Virus record (IMG/VR): IMGVR_UViG_3300035182_002585
Length of the DNA: 64,000 nucleotides
Reading direction: 5' to 3' (one strand)
DNA from: an uncultured virus (IMG/VR IMGVR_UViG_3300035182_002585)
Taxonomy: Duplodnaviria; Heunggongvirae; Uroviricota; Caudoviricetes
Each line of letters begins with the position of its first letter. The stretch's first letter is position 1. Below the pieces are notes generated by a model. That model was not told where the DNA came from and did not search any database. It worked only from the letters and a program-made list of their open reading frames with translations. Made by a program: the position numbers and the translations under genes. This document shows, one piece after another, positions 18,123 to 27,753 of the stretch.

Positions 18123-18806
18123 TCACTTCTTCTCGGCGTCCCCCATGCTGAGATAGAGGCCCGCGATCGCGACCTTCAGACGCCGCCCCTGCTCCTCGTC
18201 GAGAACGCCCTCTTTCACCGCCTTGTCGATGGTTGCCGGCGAATCCAAGCCGTTGCTCTTGAGCATGCTCTTCGTCGCGCTGTCCGTGATCTCCTTGCGC
18301 TTCTGCTGACGCGGCCAGAAATTCTTGATCACGTCCGCGAGGTCCGTCGAACCTCGAACGCAGCCAAGGGCCACACAGAGTTCCTTCTCGTGATCTTCCC
18401 GCATGCGCCCCTTGTAGCTTCCGATCTGCGCTTTGAGCGCCTTCACGGGCGCGGTCGTTTCTCCCACCACGGTATCCGAGCGCTGAAGCACGGACGCGAT
18501 GAGCGGCAACGGGAGGAACACCTTCGGCCACCGCCAGGCAGCCCAGGCGATGAAGTGGCAGGCGCGGACGTTACTGCCCTTCACGTCTGCCTCAGGCGGA
18601 AGCTCGTACTCCGCCCGGGCTTTCGCAAGCATGTCCCTCGTACGCGCCTTCCCCGGCCAGGTCTCCTCCCCCAAGATCTGATCATCCTTCTTCCCGGCGA
18701 GGAACGGCTTCTTGGGGGGCTTCTTGGGGGTCACGGTAGCTTCCGTCATGGTTCCGAACTCCTCAACGATCGAACTCGCACGATCCGTAGCGTTGTCTTT
18801 GAGCAT
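18123..18806 (-). CDS. Hypothetical protein
   Basis: 227-aa ORF coupled to the upstream gene. Confidence 0.65.
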   Translation of the reverse strand: MLKDNATDRASSIVEEFGTMTEATVTPKKPPKKPFLAGKKDDQILGEETWPGKARTRDMLAKARAEYELPPEADVKGSNVRACHFIAWAAWRWPKVFLPLPLIASVLQRSDTVVGETTAPVKALKAQIGSYKGRMREDHEKELCVALGCVRGSTDLADVIKNFWPRQQKRKEITDSATKSMLKSNGLDSPATIDKAVKEGVLDEEQGRRLKVAIAGLYLSMGDAEKK

Positions 18807-18815
18807 GGCGGCTTC

Positions 18816-20126
18816 CTAGCAGCGGTAGCTGTTGATGATTTGACAGTCTTTCTCGGCGACCTTGAACTTCTGTGCGTCGACTTGGCCAAGATGTCCGCGA
18901 TCTGGGTGATGAGTGCGGAGGACCTTGAGAACGGCACGGCGCGCCTCCTCATCCGTCTGCACACCGTATCGCTCTCGGATCTCTTTCATCTGTGGTGCAA
19001 GGCGCTTCTTACGCGCGGCCCTGTCTTTGCGCCCACGTTCGTAGACCTGTCCCCACTGCTGCTTGAATCCAGCGAGAACGATCTCGGTGTGTTGCTCCTG
19101 CGCCGCTTTGTTGAACTTGACGAAGCAAGCGGACACCCACGCGCGAACGCGTGCGAACACCCGCTCAGAATCGTGTAGGTCACCCGCTTCCCCATCCAAC
19201 CGCACAGGCAGACCATGCTCGTAGACCGGACTCAGGACCGACTTGATGCCGTCGTGTGCAAGCGTCCGCTCACGCTCCCGATCAGCCTCGTCCATACCCA
19301 CCGTACACCCATTGACGTGATCGTCGATCACCTTCATCAGAGAGGTGGGGAGAACGACTTCTTTGGTGGTGTCTTTTCGTTGCCCCCAACCACCCTTGTT
19401 CCCCTGACTGAGGAACTCGGTGACCCTCTGCTCAATGGCCTCTTGAAGGGTCGCGACCCCTTGGAGTACATCACACCGAGCGTGGTTCTGGATCTTGTTG
19501 ACAGTGCAGAGGGGGATGCCCGCATCCAGCAACTCGAAGAGGCGGTCCTTCGTACGCACCTTCAGTGCTTCTCGTGCATCGGGTGAAAGGTCCATCCGGT
19601 CGATGAGCAGGCTCATCCCCCCGCCGCTCCCGATGGTGTGCAAGTAGTTGAAGTCCGGCGTGGGCAGCCCCGTGCAACGTGCCATGACGGCATCGTGCGA
19701 CAGATTGAGACCGGACGTGTTCACCGCGCCCTTGTAGAGGCCCACCAGTGCGACTTCACGCTGGTAGCGTTCGCGGTACGACATGGATCCCCGTTCGTGC
19801 ACGTACGCCTCAAACTGCGGAAGGATGTCGGGAGGCGGCTCGGGGAGCTTCATGAAGCGCTGCGGCGAAAGGCGGGCCAAGAGCGCTTGAATCGCCGCGA
19901 CTTCCTTCGTCTTCTCCTCGAAGTGCGACACACGCGCCCACGGGGAGGACATCTGACGAACAGTGGTCTCTCTCCCTGCCACGAAGTGGCTGAGGAGCTT
20001 GGCGATCGTAGCCTTCTCACCAACCGGGTGGGCAGCGAAAGCCGTCACCACCCGCTGAATATCGGGGTCGTTTGGAAAGTTGACCGGGAGAAGAGGGTCC
20101 TCCACCGTCTTCTTGGTTTTGTTCAT
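18816..20126 (-). CDS. Large helical protein with a C-terminal J-domain-like HPD
   Basis: RRAVLKVLRTHHPDRG...INSY; class A motif. Confidence 0.6.
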   Translation of the reverse strand: MNKTKKTVEDPLLPVNFPNDPDIQRVVTAFAAHPVGEKATIAKLLSHFVAGRETTVRQMSSPWARVSHFEEKTKEVAAIQALLARLSPQRFMKLPEPPPDILPQFEAYVHERGSMSYRERYQREVALVGLYKGAVNTSGLNLSHDAVMARCTGLPTPDFNYLHTIGSGGGMSLLIDRMDLSPDAREALKVRTKDRLFELLDAGIPLCTVNKIQNHARCDVLQGVATLQEAIEQRVTEFLSQGNKGGWGQRKDTTKEVVLPTSLMKVIDDHVNGCTVGMDEADRERERTLAHDGIKSVLSPVYEHGLPVRLDGEAGDLHDSERVFARVRAWVSACFVKFNKAAQEQHTEIVLAGFKQQWGQVYERGRKDRAARKKRLAPQMKEIRERYGVQTDEEARRAVLKVLRTHHPDRGHLGQVDAQKFKVAEKDCQIINSYRC

Positions 20127-20133
20127 GTCCCCT

Positions 20134-20952
20134 CTACAACACGAGACGAGGGTGATCCATCCGCCCATTTTCACGAACCGTGTCGACCACCCTCCACCCA
20201 TAGGGGTCTGGCTCGATGACGTGCCGGTTGCGAAGGGCCCATAGCGTGCTCGCTACAGCCCCCGTCGTCGTCCCTAGTCGTTCGGCAAGGTCTATAGCCG
20301 TGAAGGTGTGGCCCGACATCTCTCGGACAAAGGCCCACACCTCGGGCTTGATCTCTCCCCGGCGGGCGGGGTTGTTCTCTCCCGTAGCACACCAGTGCGC
20401 CGGTCGAGCATCATCTCGCTTGACGTTCCCTTCGTTTTTGAGCCTCGTGAGACAGCTCGACACGAAAGGCGTTGGGAGATCTAGGTGCTGTGCAATCTGG
20501 TCCACCGTGCAGCCGGGGTTCTGCGCGATGTAGCTGATGATCCGAGGGCGCCCGTCCTTCTTCTGTGTGGGGACACGAAGGGCACGTGCCACGCGCGCCC
20601 TCTCTCCCGCTTGGACTGGAAGCACGACCCATCGGGCGCAACGATCCACGAGTGTCTCCGAAAAGCGCCCCACCAGTTCAACCACGGTCGACACCCCCAC
20701 AGGTGGCTGGCGTGGCATGAATCTGCGGATCGTTTCCATGTGCGCGTCGATCTCTTGGACCAGGAACGGGGGCAGAGGCTCTCCCTCAGCAACTCCCTCC
20801 ACGATCATGGCGACGCTACGAAGCGCCTCGAAGAGAGCCACCCCCTCAGGCATACGATCTCGTACCCGACGGGTACGAGATTTCGAGGTGGGGGCGCCGA
20901 ACGACGACGGACGCCCCATTTCCGTATGCAGAAGGTCCGAGAAGAGGTCCAC
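20134..20952 (-). CDS. Tandem winged-HTH DNA-binding protein
   Basis: NPGCTVDQIAQHL...LTRLKNEGNV; FTAIDLAERLG...LWALRNRHVI. Confidence 0.7.
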   Translation of the reverse strand: MDLFSDLLHTEMGRPSSFGAPTSKSRTRRVRDRMPEGVALFEALRSVAMIVEGVAEGEPLPPFLVQEIDAHMETIRRFMPRQPPVGVSTVVELVGRFSETLVDRCARWVVLPVQAGERARVARALRVPTQKKDGRPRIISYIAQNPGCTVDQIAQHLDLPTPFVSSCLTRLKNEGNVKRDDARPAHWCATGENNPARRGEIKPEVWAFVREMSGHTFTAIDLAERLGTTTGAVASTLWALRNRHVIEPDPYGWRVVDTVRENGRMDHPRLVL

Positions 20953-20964
20953 AGAGGTCCTCTT

Positions 20965-21612
20965 TCAGGAGGGGGGAGAGGCCGACGGGCGCGACGGACG
21001 CGACGAGTTCGATGCCGTTCGCAGAAGGTTGACGAGAGCCGGCAAGTGCGTGTAGAGGACCGCCTCCACAGCTCCGGCGCGCCCCGTCTCCATCGCTTCC
21101 TGGCGCAACTTCGAGATCTCGCGCAACAGCTTGCTGTTCTCGCGGTTGACGTTCGCCGTTTCCGAGGGGTTGATCGTCACGGGCCCGGGACGAGAGCGTC
21201 GACGAGGACCCCCTTGATTTGCGGCGAGAACGTCGAGTACGACGGCGTTCAGCTCCGCCTGTCCGAGGCAGCGGCCCAGAGAGGCTGCCCTGCGGAGTGC
21301 CGTGCGACACACCTGATCGCGCACATCGCTCGCCAGCTTCACGACCCGCGAGCAGCCGTTGATACCGATCGCGTCCACCATCGGACGCCCATACGCGTCG
21401 CACACGGCGACGAAAGCCTCGTACGTTGCGGGGGTGCAGAGGCCCTCCTGACGAAGCATGGCCGCTACATCGCCGTCGTACACGTCCGACCAGATGGCAG
21501 TGTTGTGGACCAACCGCTGCACTGCGAAGAAGTACGCAACGCGCATCGCCTTGATGCGCGACTGTTGGACGAGGAGGCGGCCAACGGCCACCCGAAGCTC
21601 TTGGAGGGGCAC
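20965..21612 (-). CDS. Hypothetical protein
   Basis: AAGGAG RBS; GGTGTA at 21685; leader hairpin GAAGACCC/GGGTCTTC. Confidence 0.65.
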   Translation of the reverse strand: MPLQELRVAVGRLLVQQSRIKAMRVAYFFAVQRLVHNTAIWSDVYDGDVAAMLRQEGLCTPATYEAFVAVCDAYGRPMVDAIGINGCSRVVKLASDVRDQVCRTALRRAASLGRCLGQAELNAVVLDVLAANQGGPRRRSRPGPVTINPSETANVNRENSKLLREISKLRQEAMETGRAGAVEAVLYTHLPALVNLLRTASNSSRPSRPSASPPS

Positions 21613-21679
21613 AGTGATCTCCTTGGGGTAAGGGTTACCCTCAGAAGAAGACCCAGAGGGTCTTCGCGGTATGTGGGGT

Positions 21680-21931
21680 CTATCTACACCGGGGCGAGGT
21701 GACTCTCCGCAGACAGCTCAGAAGGAAGCGTTGCAGAGCCAAGGACTCGCAGTCCACGGCCATCTCGCGACGGCCCCCGGGCCACTGGTCGAGGTCCACC
21801 TTGTCGGTCCGCTGCTGCTCGGCGTCGGTCGCGATCCGCTCCATGTAGGACGCCAGGATCTCGTCCCCGTCCACCCCACGGCGATGCACACGCCGCTCGA
21901 TCTCTTGTTGAAGTCGCCGCATGACGATCAC
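21680..21931 (-). CDS. Hypothetical protein
   Basis: GTGA overlap with the upstream stop. Confidence 0.5.
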   Translation of the reverse strand: MIVMRRLQQEIERRVHRRGVDGDEILASYMERIATDAEQQRTDKVDLDQWPGGRREMAVDCESLALQRFLLSCLRRVTSPRCR

Positions 21932-22620
21932 ACGAACAGGTGCTTGGTGAAACGACCGAGCCACGTGACCAGGCCCCGGTGCCCGAACCACTGGTAGAGC
22001 GCGGAACCGGGGACCGTCCGGCAAGTGAGGAGCATGGCCGTGAGGTAGCCGTGCGGGCCCCGATGCTCTTCGAGGATGGCGCGCGCCTTCGCGTACGCAG
22101 CGCGCAAAATCGCCACCTCTTCGGCCTGTAGTGGGTACGAGAACATCGCGGCGAAGTCGGGCCAGGGGGTCGTCAGCGGGGGCCACGGCGGAAGTCTGTG
22201 CGGGGACTTCAAGATCTCACGCACAGCGTCTCTCGCCTCGGTCAGGTCATGGCGGGACGTGCCTGATCTGGACGTGCTGAACGCCATCATCTCGCCAGCC
22301 ATCCCGGCGAGGGAGATCACCAGAGCACACCAGGGGACTTCCTCTGAACGGATGCGGTACGAGATGTGAGGGTTCTTGGACGCGCTCTTGGGCACCTCTT
22401 CGATCGTGACGTGCTGGATTTCCGAGACGAGGGTGCACCTCAGGACCACGATCCCATGCCCGGCCTCATGCACCGCCCGTCTGGTCTCGGGGGTGTCGAT
22501 GACGGGCGGCGGAGGGTCCGGGACTTCCCGCTCGGCCCTCACCATGTGGGCGTAGAGCGACCACGCCACGTAGAGCCCGAAAAGGAGGATGATCCCGATG
22601 AGTGTCAGCGCCAGAGCCAT
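21928..22620 (-). CDS. Membrane-anchored M41/M50-like zinc peptidase
   Basis: N-terminal TM; AVHEAGH; LAGMAGE; D ligand. Confidence 0.8.
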   Translation of the reverse strand: MALALTLIGIILLFGLYVAWSLYAHMVRAEREVPDPPPPVIDTPETRRAVHEAGHGIVVLRCTLVSEIQHVTIEEVPKSASKNPHISYRIRSEEVPWCALVISLAGMAGEMMAFSTSRSGTSRHDLTEARDAVREILKSPHRLPPWPPLTTPWPDFAAMFSYPLQAEEVAILRAAYAKARAILEEHRGPHGYLTAMLLTCRTVPGSALYQWFGHRGLVTWLGRFTKHLFV

Positions 22621-22631
22621 GGCGTGACAGC

Positions 22632-23465
22632 CTACACCGTGGCGAGATACTGAGACGAGCCCTGGTCGGGGCGCACGTGCAAATACCGGGAGGTTGTCGA
22701 GACATTCTTGTGCCCAAGGCTTCGCTGAACCACGTGGATTGGGCACCCGTGGTTGATGGCGTGCGTCGCGTGGGCGTGCCGGAGCCAGTGGGGACTCAAG
22801 GTGAGGCGTGCCCTCTCGGCCGTCAGGTAGACGATCTCCCGCGCGCCCCGAACATCGAGGGGGCGACGGCGGCGGACCGACAGGAAGACGTTGGCAGCGT
22901 CATCCTGGCCCTCCCCACGCAGGGCGCGGAGGTCGGTCAGGATGGGCTCAGGAACCGTCAGGGTGCGCGTGCGGGCTCCCTTCCCTTGCACCGTCAGGCG
23001 CCCCTTCCCGATGTCCTTCCACCGGAGCGCCACAGCTTCGGAGATGCGGACCCCGGCGATGTAGAGGAGCCGGATGAGCACCCGATCCCGGCCTGGCTTC
23101 GCAGCCACGACGAGCTGCTGGACGTGCTCTTCGTCCATGATTCGCTCGTGTAGGGTGTCGGGAACCTTCACGCACTTGAGGACCCGTGCGACGTTCGCGG
23201 GGACGTACCCGGTCTTCCAGGCGAACGAGAACAGGCTCTTGACCGTGGCCACCCGCCGCGCCCGCGTCGCGGCCGCGCCCGTAAGGGCGTCCATCCACTC
23301 GATGAGGTCGGCAGCCGTTGCCGTCCGTACGTCCGTGACTCGCTCCCGGAAGACGGTCACGGTCTCCCGGTAGACCCTTTGCGTGCTCTCAGGGCGGCCC
23401 GCAAGCCACAGCTCGACGAGATGGTCGTCGTCACGGGCTCCAGAACGATCGGGACGCGTTTGCAT
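22632..23465 (-). CDS. Tyrosine recombinase/integrase (XerC/D-like)
   Basis: GVRISEA, GKG, SPHWLRH, LGH...TTSRY. Confidence 0.93.
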   Translation of the reverse strand: MQTRPDRSGARDDDHLVELWLAGRPESTQRVYRETVTVFRERVTDVRTATAADLIEWMDALTGAAATRARRVATVKSLFSFAWKTGYVPANVARVLKCVKVPDTLHERIMDEEHVQQLVVAAKPGRDRVLIRLLYIAGVRISEAVALRWKDIGKGRLTVQGKGARTRTLTVPEPILTDLRALRGEGQDDAANVFLSVRRRRPLDVRGAREIVYLTAERARLTLSPHWLRHAHATHAINHGCPIHVVQRSLGHKNVSTTSRYLHVRPDQGSSQYLATV

Positions 23466-23486
23466 ACCCTCAGTACCACGTGAGGG

Positions 23487-23774
23487 TCAGGGCGATCCAT
23501 CGCGACGGGCGCGAGCGTTGTCCCGTGCCATGTCCTTCCGCATTTTGAGCACCCGCTTCTCGACCGCGAGGCACTCCGCCGGCAGGGTGGCGACGATCTC
23601 CCACTCGCCCGTGTAGCTATGGGTGGGCTTGTCGCAGGGGATGACCATCTGGCCGGTGTGGCTCGGACCAAGCAGCTCGACGAGCGTGCCGCCCACCACT
23701 GTACAGAGGATCCGGGCGTACTGCTCGCACCCGATCGTACGGCGGAGGGGCGTCCCTGGCTTCCAAGTGCTCAT
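23487..23774 (-). CDS. Hypothetical protein
   Basis: Class A motif 8 nt upstream. Confidence 0.6.
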   Translation of the reverse strand: MSTWKPGTPLRRTIGCEQYARILCTVVGGTLVELLGPSHTGQMVIPCDKPTHSYTGEWEIVATLPAECLAVEKRVLKMRKDMARDNARARRDGSP

Positions 23775-23808
23775 GCCCCCACTACAACGTGGGAGCGGCA
23801 CGGATCCA

Positions 23809-24102
23809 TCAGGGAAGCAGGACTTCGGGCGTCTGGCCGGGAGCGACGCCCAACGGCATCGGGGCCGGGGCCGGGGTCGTGGTGGACCGCTCCGATGCCG
23901 CACGGCGGGCGTCGAGGGCAGCGACCAGGCAGTCGATGGAGCAGAAGTCGAGCTGCCCCGTCAGGAAGTCGCTCGTCCATGTAGTCTCGCGGATCCCCCG
24001 ATAGCGCGCGAGGTTGCCATGCAGGTGGATCCACCCGGCCTGCGAGCACGCGTTGTCGGTTCGATCCCCGCAGTGGTCACAGACGTCGATGCTGACTTTC
24101 AT
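23809..24102 (-). CDS. Zn-finger protein
   Basis: CDHCG...DFCSIDC. Confidence 0.6.
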   Translation of the reverse strand: MKVSIDVCDHCGDRTDNACSQAGWIHLHGNLARYRGIRETTWTSDFLTGQLDFCSIDCLVAALDARRAASERSTTTPAPAPMPLGVAPGQTPEVLLP

Positions 24103-24120
24103 GGGCGCACGGTACACCAC

Positions 24121-24609
24121 CTAGATGAAGTCCGCTTCCCACGCTTCACGTGCCTCGCCCTCCGGTAGGCTCGCGATGACCGCTTCGGTATCGACGCGAA
24201 AGAAACCAAGCGCCCCGCTCCAAGGGACGAACGGGAGCGGCTCCACGTGATCGAGGGTGAGCGCGAAGCGGCCCATCCACCAGGCTTGTTGTCCTGCCCT
24301 GTGCTCAGGGTCTTCAGCGATGTAGGCGTCGAGGTCGTCCTGCGTCGAGATCGTACCCGTCACAACGGCGCGGCCGATGAACCCGCCCCGCCGCAGCTCG
24401 ATGGGCGGTCTCCACGACAGACCGCGTTCGCTCATGAACCCAACGGCCTCGTCGTACTCTCGCTGCGTCATCCCGGCGGCCGCGTGGATGAGGATGAGCC
24501 CGCGGAAGGAAGAGGACTTCCACTTCACGCGGTTCTCGACTCGCTTGCCCCCGTGGACGACAGCACCACCCCACGGCTGACGAAGCGAAAGCGCCCGAAC
24601 GATGGACAT
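24121..24609 (-). CDS. ASCH-domain protein
   Basis: ALSLRQPW...GGKRVENR...ILIHA. Confidence 0.85.
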   Translation of the reverse strand: MSIVRALSLRQPWGGAVVHGGKRVENRVKWKSSSFRGLILIHAAAGMTQREYDEAVGFMSERGLSWRPPIELRRGGFIGRAVVTGTISTQDDLDAYIAEDPEHRAGQQAWWMGRFALTLDHVEPLPFVPWSGALGFFRVDTEAVIASLPEGEAREAWEADFI

Positions 24610-24639
24610 CGCCGGGCGCTCTACACCGAGTTGGGCTTG

Positions 24640-25023
24640 TCACCCGTGCGAGAGGAAGACCGCGAAGAACTCGCCCTTCTTGTCGACGTAGAACTCGTGG
24701 CAGATGACGTCGGGAACCGTCGATGCCGCCTTCTCCATCGCTGCGCTGATCTCCTTGGGATCGAGCTTCTCGCCGAGCTGGCCGAGCGACTTGCAGTGGA
24801 GCTTGACGGGATAGCCCTGCGCCCCGTCGACGTAGCCGAGGGTGAGGACGACGCGATCCTTGGATTCGAGGTACTCGACGCCGACGCTCTTGATGGCGAG
24901 CGTCGAGTTGCCCTTCGCGAAGGATTCGACCGCGAGGTGCACCGAGTCGTCCAGAAGGCCGTCCGTGCCAGGGGTGGAGATGAAGGTGGCGAACCTGTTG
25001 TGGATCTGAGATTGGATGCTCAT
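24640..25023 (-). CDS. Conserved hypothetical protein
   Basis: Strong GC3; GGTGTA 10 nt upstream. Confidence 0.7.
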   Translation of the reverse strand: MSIQSQIHNRFATFISTPGTDGLLDDSVHLAVESFAKGNSTLAIKSVGVEYLESKDRVVLTLGYVDGAQGYPVKLHCKSLGQLGEKLDPKEISAAMEKAASTVPDVICHEFYVDKKGEFFAVFLSHG

Positions 25024-25541
25024 GTGCTCTCTCTACACCGGGAAAGGCGGTTGTAGCAGGGTTTACAGTGGCCCTTCGCATAGTGGGGCTTGTCTGTGCG
25101 CTTGCACGTCAAGCAGGCGTCAGGCTTGCGACCAACACCCCACATCCCACGGGGGGATCGGACCCCCCGGTGCGAGAAGATCTTCCCCCGCCCATGCTCG
25201 CGCAAGTACGCGATGATGCGCCCCTCTTGATCCATGTCGATCGCAAAGTCTCGCGGCTTGCCCCCATGGTCACCCCGGAAGACTCGGCGGAGTTTGAGCC
25301 CGAGGTTCCTGGCGACCTTGCGCACGACGGAGAACTCGTAGCCCGTCTCACGCGCGATCTGCTGGAGGGTCTTGGCCCCTCGGCGCACACCCCCAAGGGA
25401 GAGACCGACAGCCTTGCGAAGCACCGCCATGTGCGTGCGGCCTAGCTGCTGCGCAATGTGCTCGATGGACGACTCAGCCCACTGCCAACGGAGAAGAGCT
25501 ACCTCGTCTTTCGTCCAGTGCTTCTTGGTCCGGGGCTCCAC
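25020..25541 (-). CDS. Myb/HTH-type DNA-binding protein with C-terminal Zn finger
   Basis: WTKDEVALLR...IAQQLGRT; CLTC...AKGHCKPCY. Confidence 0.7.
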   Translation of the reverse strand: MEPRTKKHWTKDEVALLRWQWAESSIEHIAQQLGRTHMAVLRKAVGLSLGGVRRGAKTLQQIARETGYEFSVVRKVARNLGLKLRRVFRGDHGGKPRDFAIDMDQEGRIIAYLREHGRGKIFSHRGVRSPRGMWGVGRKPDACLTCKRTDKPHYAKGHCKPCYNRLSRCREST

Positions 25542-25557
25542 GACAGCACGCGTACAC

Positions 25558-26664
25558 CTACTCGGCAGCGGACGCCCGCAGTTGGGTCGAGGAGATGTCC
25601 CACCGGCCGTCGACGTGCTTGAAGATGTCCCCGAGCCCACGCGCTTCGGGGATGTCCGCGAGGGTCACGAACCCGCCGTCGTCCTGCACGCGACCGAGCA
25701 CGTAGAACTTCGTCCCGAGGTCCCGAAACTCGTCGATCATCGGCTCGACCGGGCACCACTTGGGGTCGAGCATTCGACGCGCCGTGTCCGCCCCGACGAT
25801 GAACGATGCTCCCGGGAATCGTCGGGCTTTCTCGATGAACAGAGCGTCGCCCTCGGTGAAAACCACATCCTTCCCCCGGAGCATCTTGGCGCGTTCCAGC
25901 ATGTCGTGGAGGCCGAGGGGGTCCTTGTGCGGGGGGTTGGCCGTCACGCTGAAGATGATGCGCTTCCCCGTCAGGGCACGAACAGCTTCGGCGGCGCCGA
26001 AGTGTCCGTTGTGCGGAGGGTTGAACGATCCGGGGAGGAAGGCGACATTCGATGAACCGAGGAGCCGCGACGACACGCGTTGCCCGTCGGAAGCGAACCA
26101 GCCGCGCTCGAAGAACAGCTCCCGAGCCTGATAGCTCATGGGGAAGGCCCCCTCCGTGAAGGGCTCCGCCAGCTCCGGCATCCCAAGCGCGATCATCAAC
26201 AGGGAGAGGCCCACACGATCGGTGGTCTCCCCGTCAGCGCGGCGCGCAGCAGCCCCCACGTCCTTGGGCAGGCCGATGTGCATTGCGAGGATCCCACAAT
26301 CACGGGCCATGACGGCCACGTGGACCCGGTGCTCGCCACGGTGGGCCTGGAGCGACGCCACAGACGCCGTGATCCCGAGCCCGACCGGCTCGGCCTTCGA
26401 CTGGGGGTCGTACGCGCGGCGGTAGGACTCCATCGCGAGGTCGATGGCCATCTCCCGCGAGCAGTACCCGTGCGTGGGCTCGAAGCCGAGGAACTCGGCG
26501 GTGGCGTCCTGCGCGTACGGGAAGGATGCCCCGGCGAGGAACGACGACGCCCCCGGTACGTCCCACAGGCGGCCCTGGAGGCCCGCCCCCGCCCCCGTGG
26601 CGGCCACGTAGAGGCGGAAGGGCTTCTCGCGGTCTCGTAGCTTTGTCACGAGGTTTGTCGTCAT
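25558..26664 (-). CDS. CinA/PncC-like domain fused to an HxGH nucleotidyltransferase (NMNAT-like)
   Basis: VPGASSFL...PY; PGSFNPPHNGH; F.EKA; VGADT; ISSTQLR. Confidence 0.8.
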   Translation of the reverse strand: MTTNLVTKLRDREKPFRLYVAATGAGAGLQGRLWDVPGASSFLAGASFPYAQDATAEFLGFEPTHGYCSREMAIDLAMESYRRAYDPQSKAEPVGLGITASVASLQAHRGEHRVHVAVMARDCGILAMHIGLPKDVGAAARRADGETTDRVGLSLLMIALGMPELAEPFTEGAFPMSYQARELFFERGWFASDGQRVSSRLLGSSNVAFLPGSFNPPHNGHFGAAEAVRALTGKRIIFSVTANPPHKDPLGLHDMLERAKMLRGKDVVFTEGDALFIEKARRFPGASFIVGADTARRMLDPKWCPVEPMIDEFRDLGTKFYVLGRVQDDGGFVTLADIPEARGLGDIFKHVDGRWDISSTQLRASAAE

Positions 26665-26668
26665 CTGC

Positions 26669-27331
26669 TCACCCATGCGCGGTCTCCGTTTCGGTGGCTT
26701 CGTAGCGCGCGTGGGCACGCTCCGTGGTGGCTCGGATCTCGTCGCGCAGCCAGGAGAGACGCGTGCGGTACTCCTCGGGGGCGAGGGTCAGCATGCGATC
26801 GAACACGACGTAGTATTTGCCGCGCGTTTCGTCGATCTGCTTGCGTTGGAAGGCTCGCGAACTGCCGGCGAGGGAGCGGAGGTTGTCCAGCCTATCGCAC
26901 GCCTTGATCGCGTAAGGCCGCCAGTCCGTCGAGAGCGTGAAGCGCTCCAGGTAGCCTTCCTTCGGCACCTTGGACAGCGTGAGCACGATGCCCGTCACGT
27001 TGGTCCCGAACGAGTGCTCGATCAGGGCCGGAGTGATGTCCCGCGTGTCCTCCACGCAGTCGTGGAGAAGCGCCGCGAGGACCATCTCACGAAGCGGGAT
27101 GCGAGCCTCATCGATCAGGATCAACGCGACGCGCCTCACGTGCTCGAAGTAGCGAAGGGGCTCACCATCCGGCCCAAGCTCCTTGCGCGTCTGCGACCGG
27201 TGCCCGAACTTCGCCAGCGTGTACGCCAGCTCCACGTCGAGAACGATGCTAGGCGGGAACAGGGGCCGGAGGCGCGCCATGAAGGTCGCCCGGTTCTCTG
27301 GGGTGTCGTCGGGAGGAGGGATCGAGGTCAT
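26669..27331 (-). CDS. HD hydrolase, RelA/SpoT/Mesh1-like (small alarmone hydrolase)
   Basis: H..Q.RK; YFEH; AALLHDCVEDT; IKACDRLDNLR. Confidence 0.88.
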   Translation of the reverse strand: MTSIPPPDDTPENRATFMARLRPLFPPSIVLDVELAYTLAKFGHRSQTRKELGPDGEPLRYFEHVRRVALILIDEARIPLREMVLAALLHDCVEDTRDITPALIEHSFGTNVTGIVLTLSKVPKEGYLERFTLSTDWRPYAIKACDRLDNLRSLAGSSRAFQRKQIDETRGKYYVVFDRMLTLAPEEYRTRLSWLRDEIRATTERAHARYEATETETAHG

Positions 27332-27346
27332 GCTTGGAGTACAGCG

Positions 27347-27709
27347 TCAGGCAGACGACGATCCATCCACCGGCGGGAGGACCTTGCGCACGTGGTCAGC
27401 ACTCACCCGGACGAGCTGGTCGTGCCCCGGGCAGGTGCAGCCGTACGGCCTCTCCCGGGTGACGCCCGGGGGGACGGGGCCGTCAACTTCGATGTAGATG
27501 TCGACCTTGGTAGGAGCGACCGGATCGTTGCCCCGGAAGTGACGGGCAACCCCGGTGACCATGATCTCCGTGGCGCCGAACTTCATCTGCACGCCGGACA
27601 GGCCGGCGATGTGGGCGTCATACCACTGAGCGACGATTCGAGTGCCCTTCGTGATGTAGGGGGTACTCGAACCGGGGTCTGGTTTGTTGGTCTTGTAGGG
27701 AGAGCGCAT
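27347..27709 (-). CDS. Hypothetical protein
   Basis: Class A motif upstream. Confidence 0.6.
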   Translation of the reverse strand: MRSPYKTNKPDPGSSTPYITKGTRIVAQWYDAHIAGLSGVQMKFGATEIMVTGVARHFRGNDPVAPTKVDIYIEVDGPVPPGVTRERPYGCTCPGHDQLVRVSADHVRKVLPPVDGSSSA

Positions 27710-27753
27710 GTTGGCCCCTTAGATACCTCACGGGGGTAGGGACGATCCATCCG

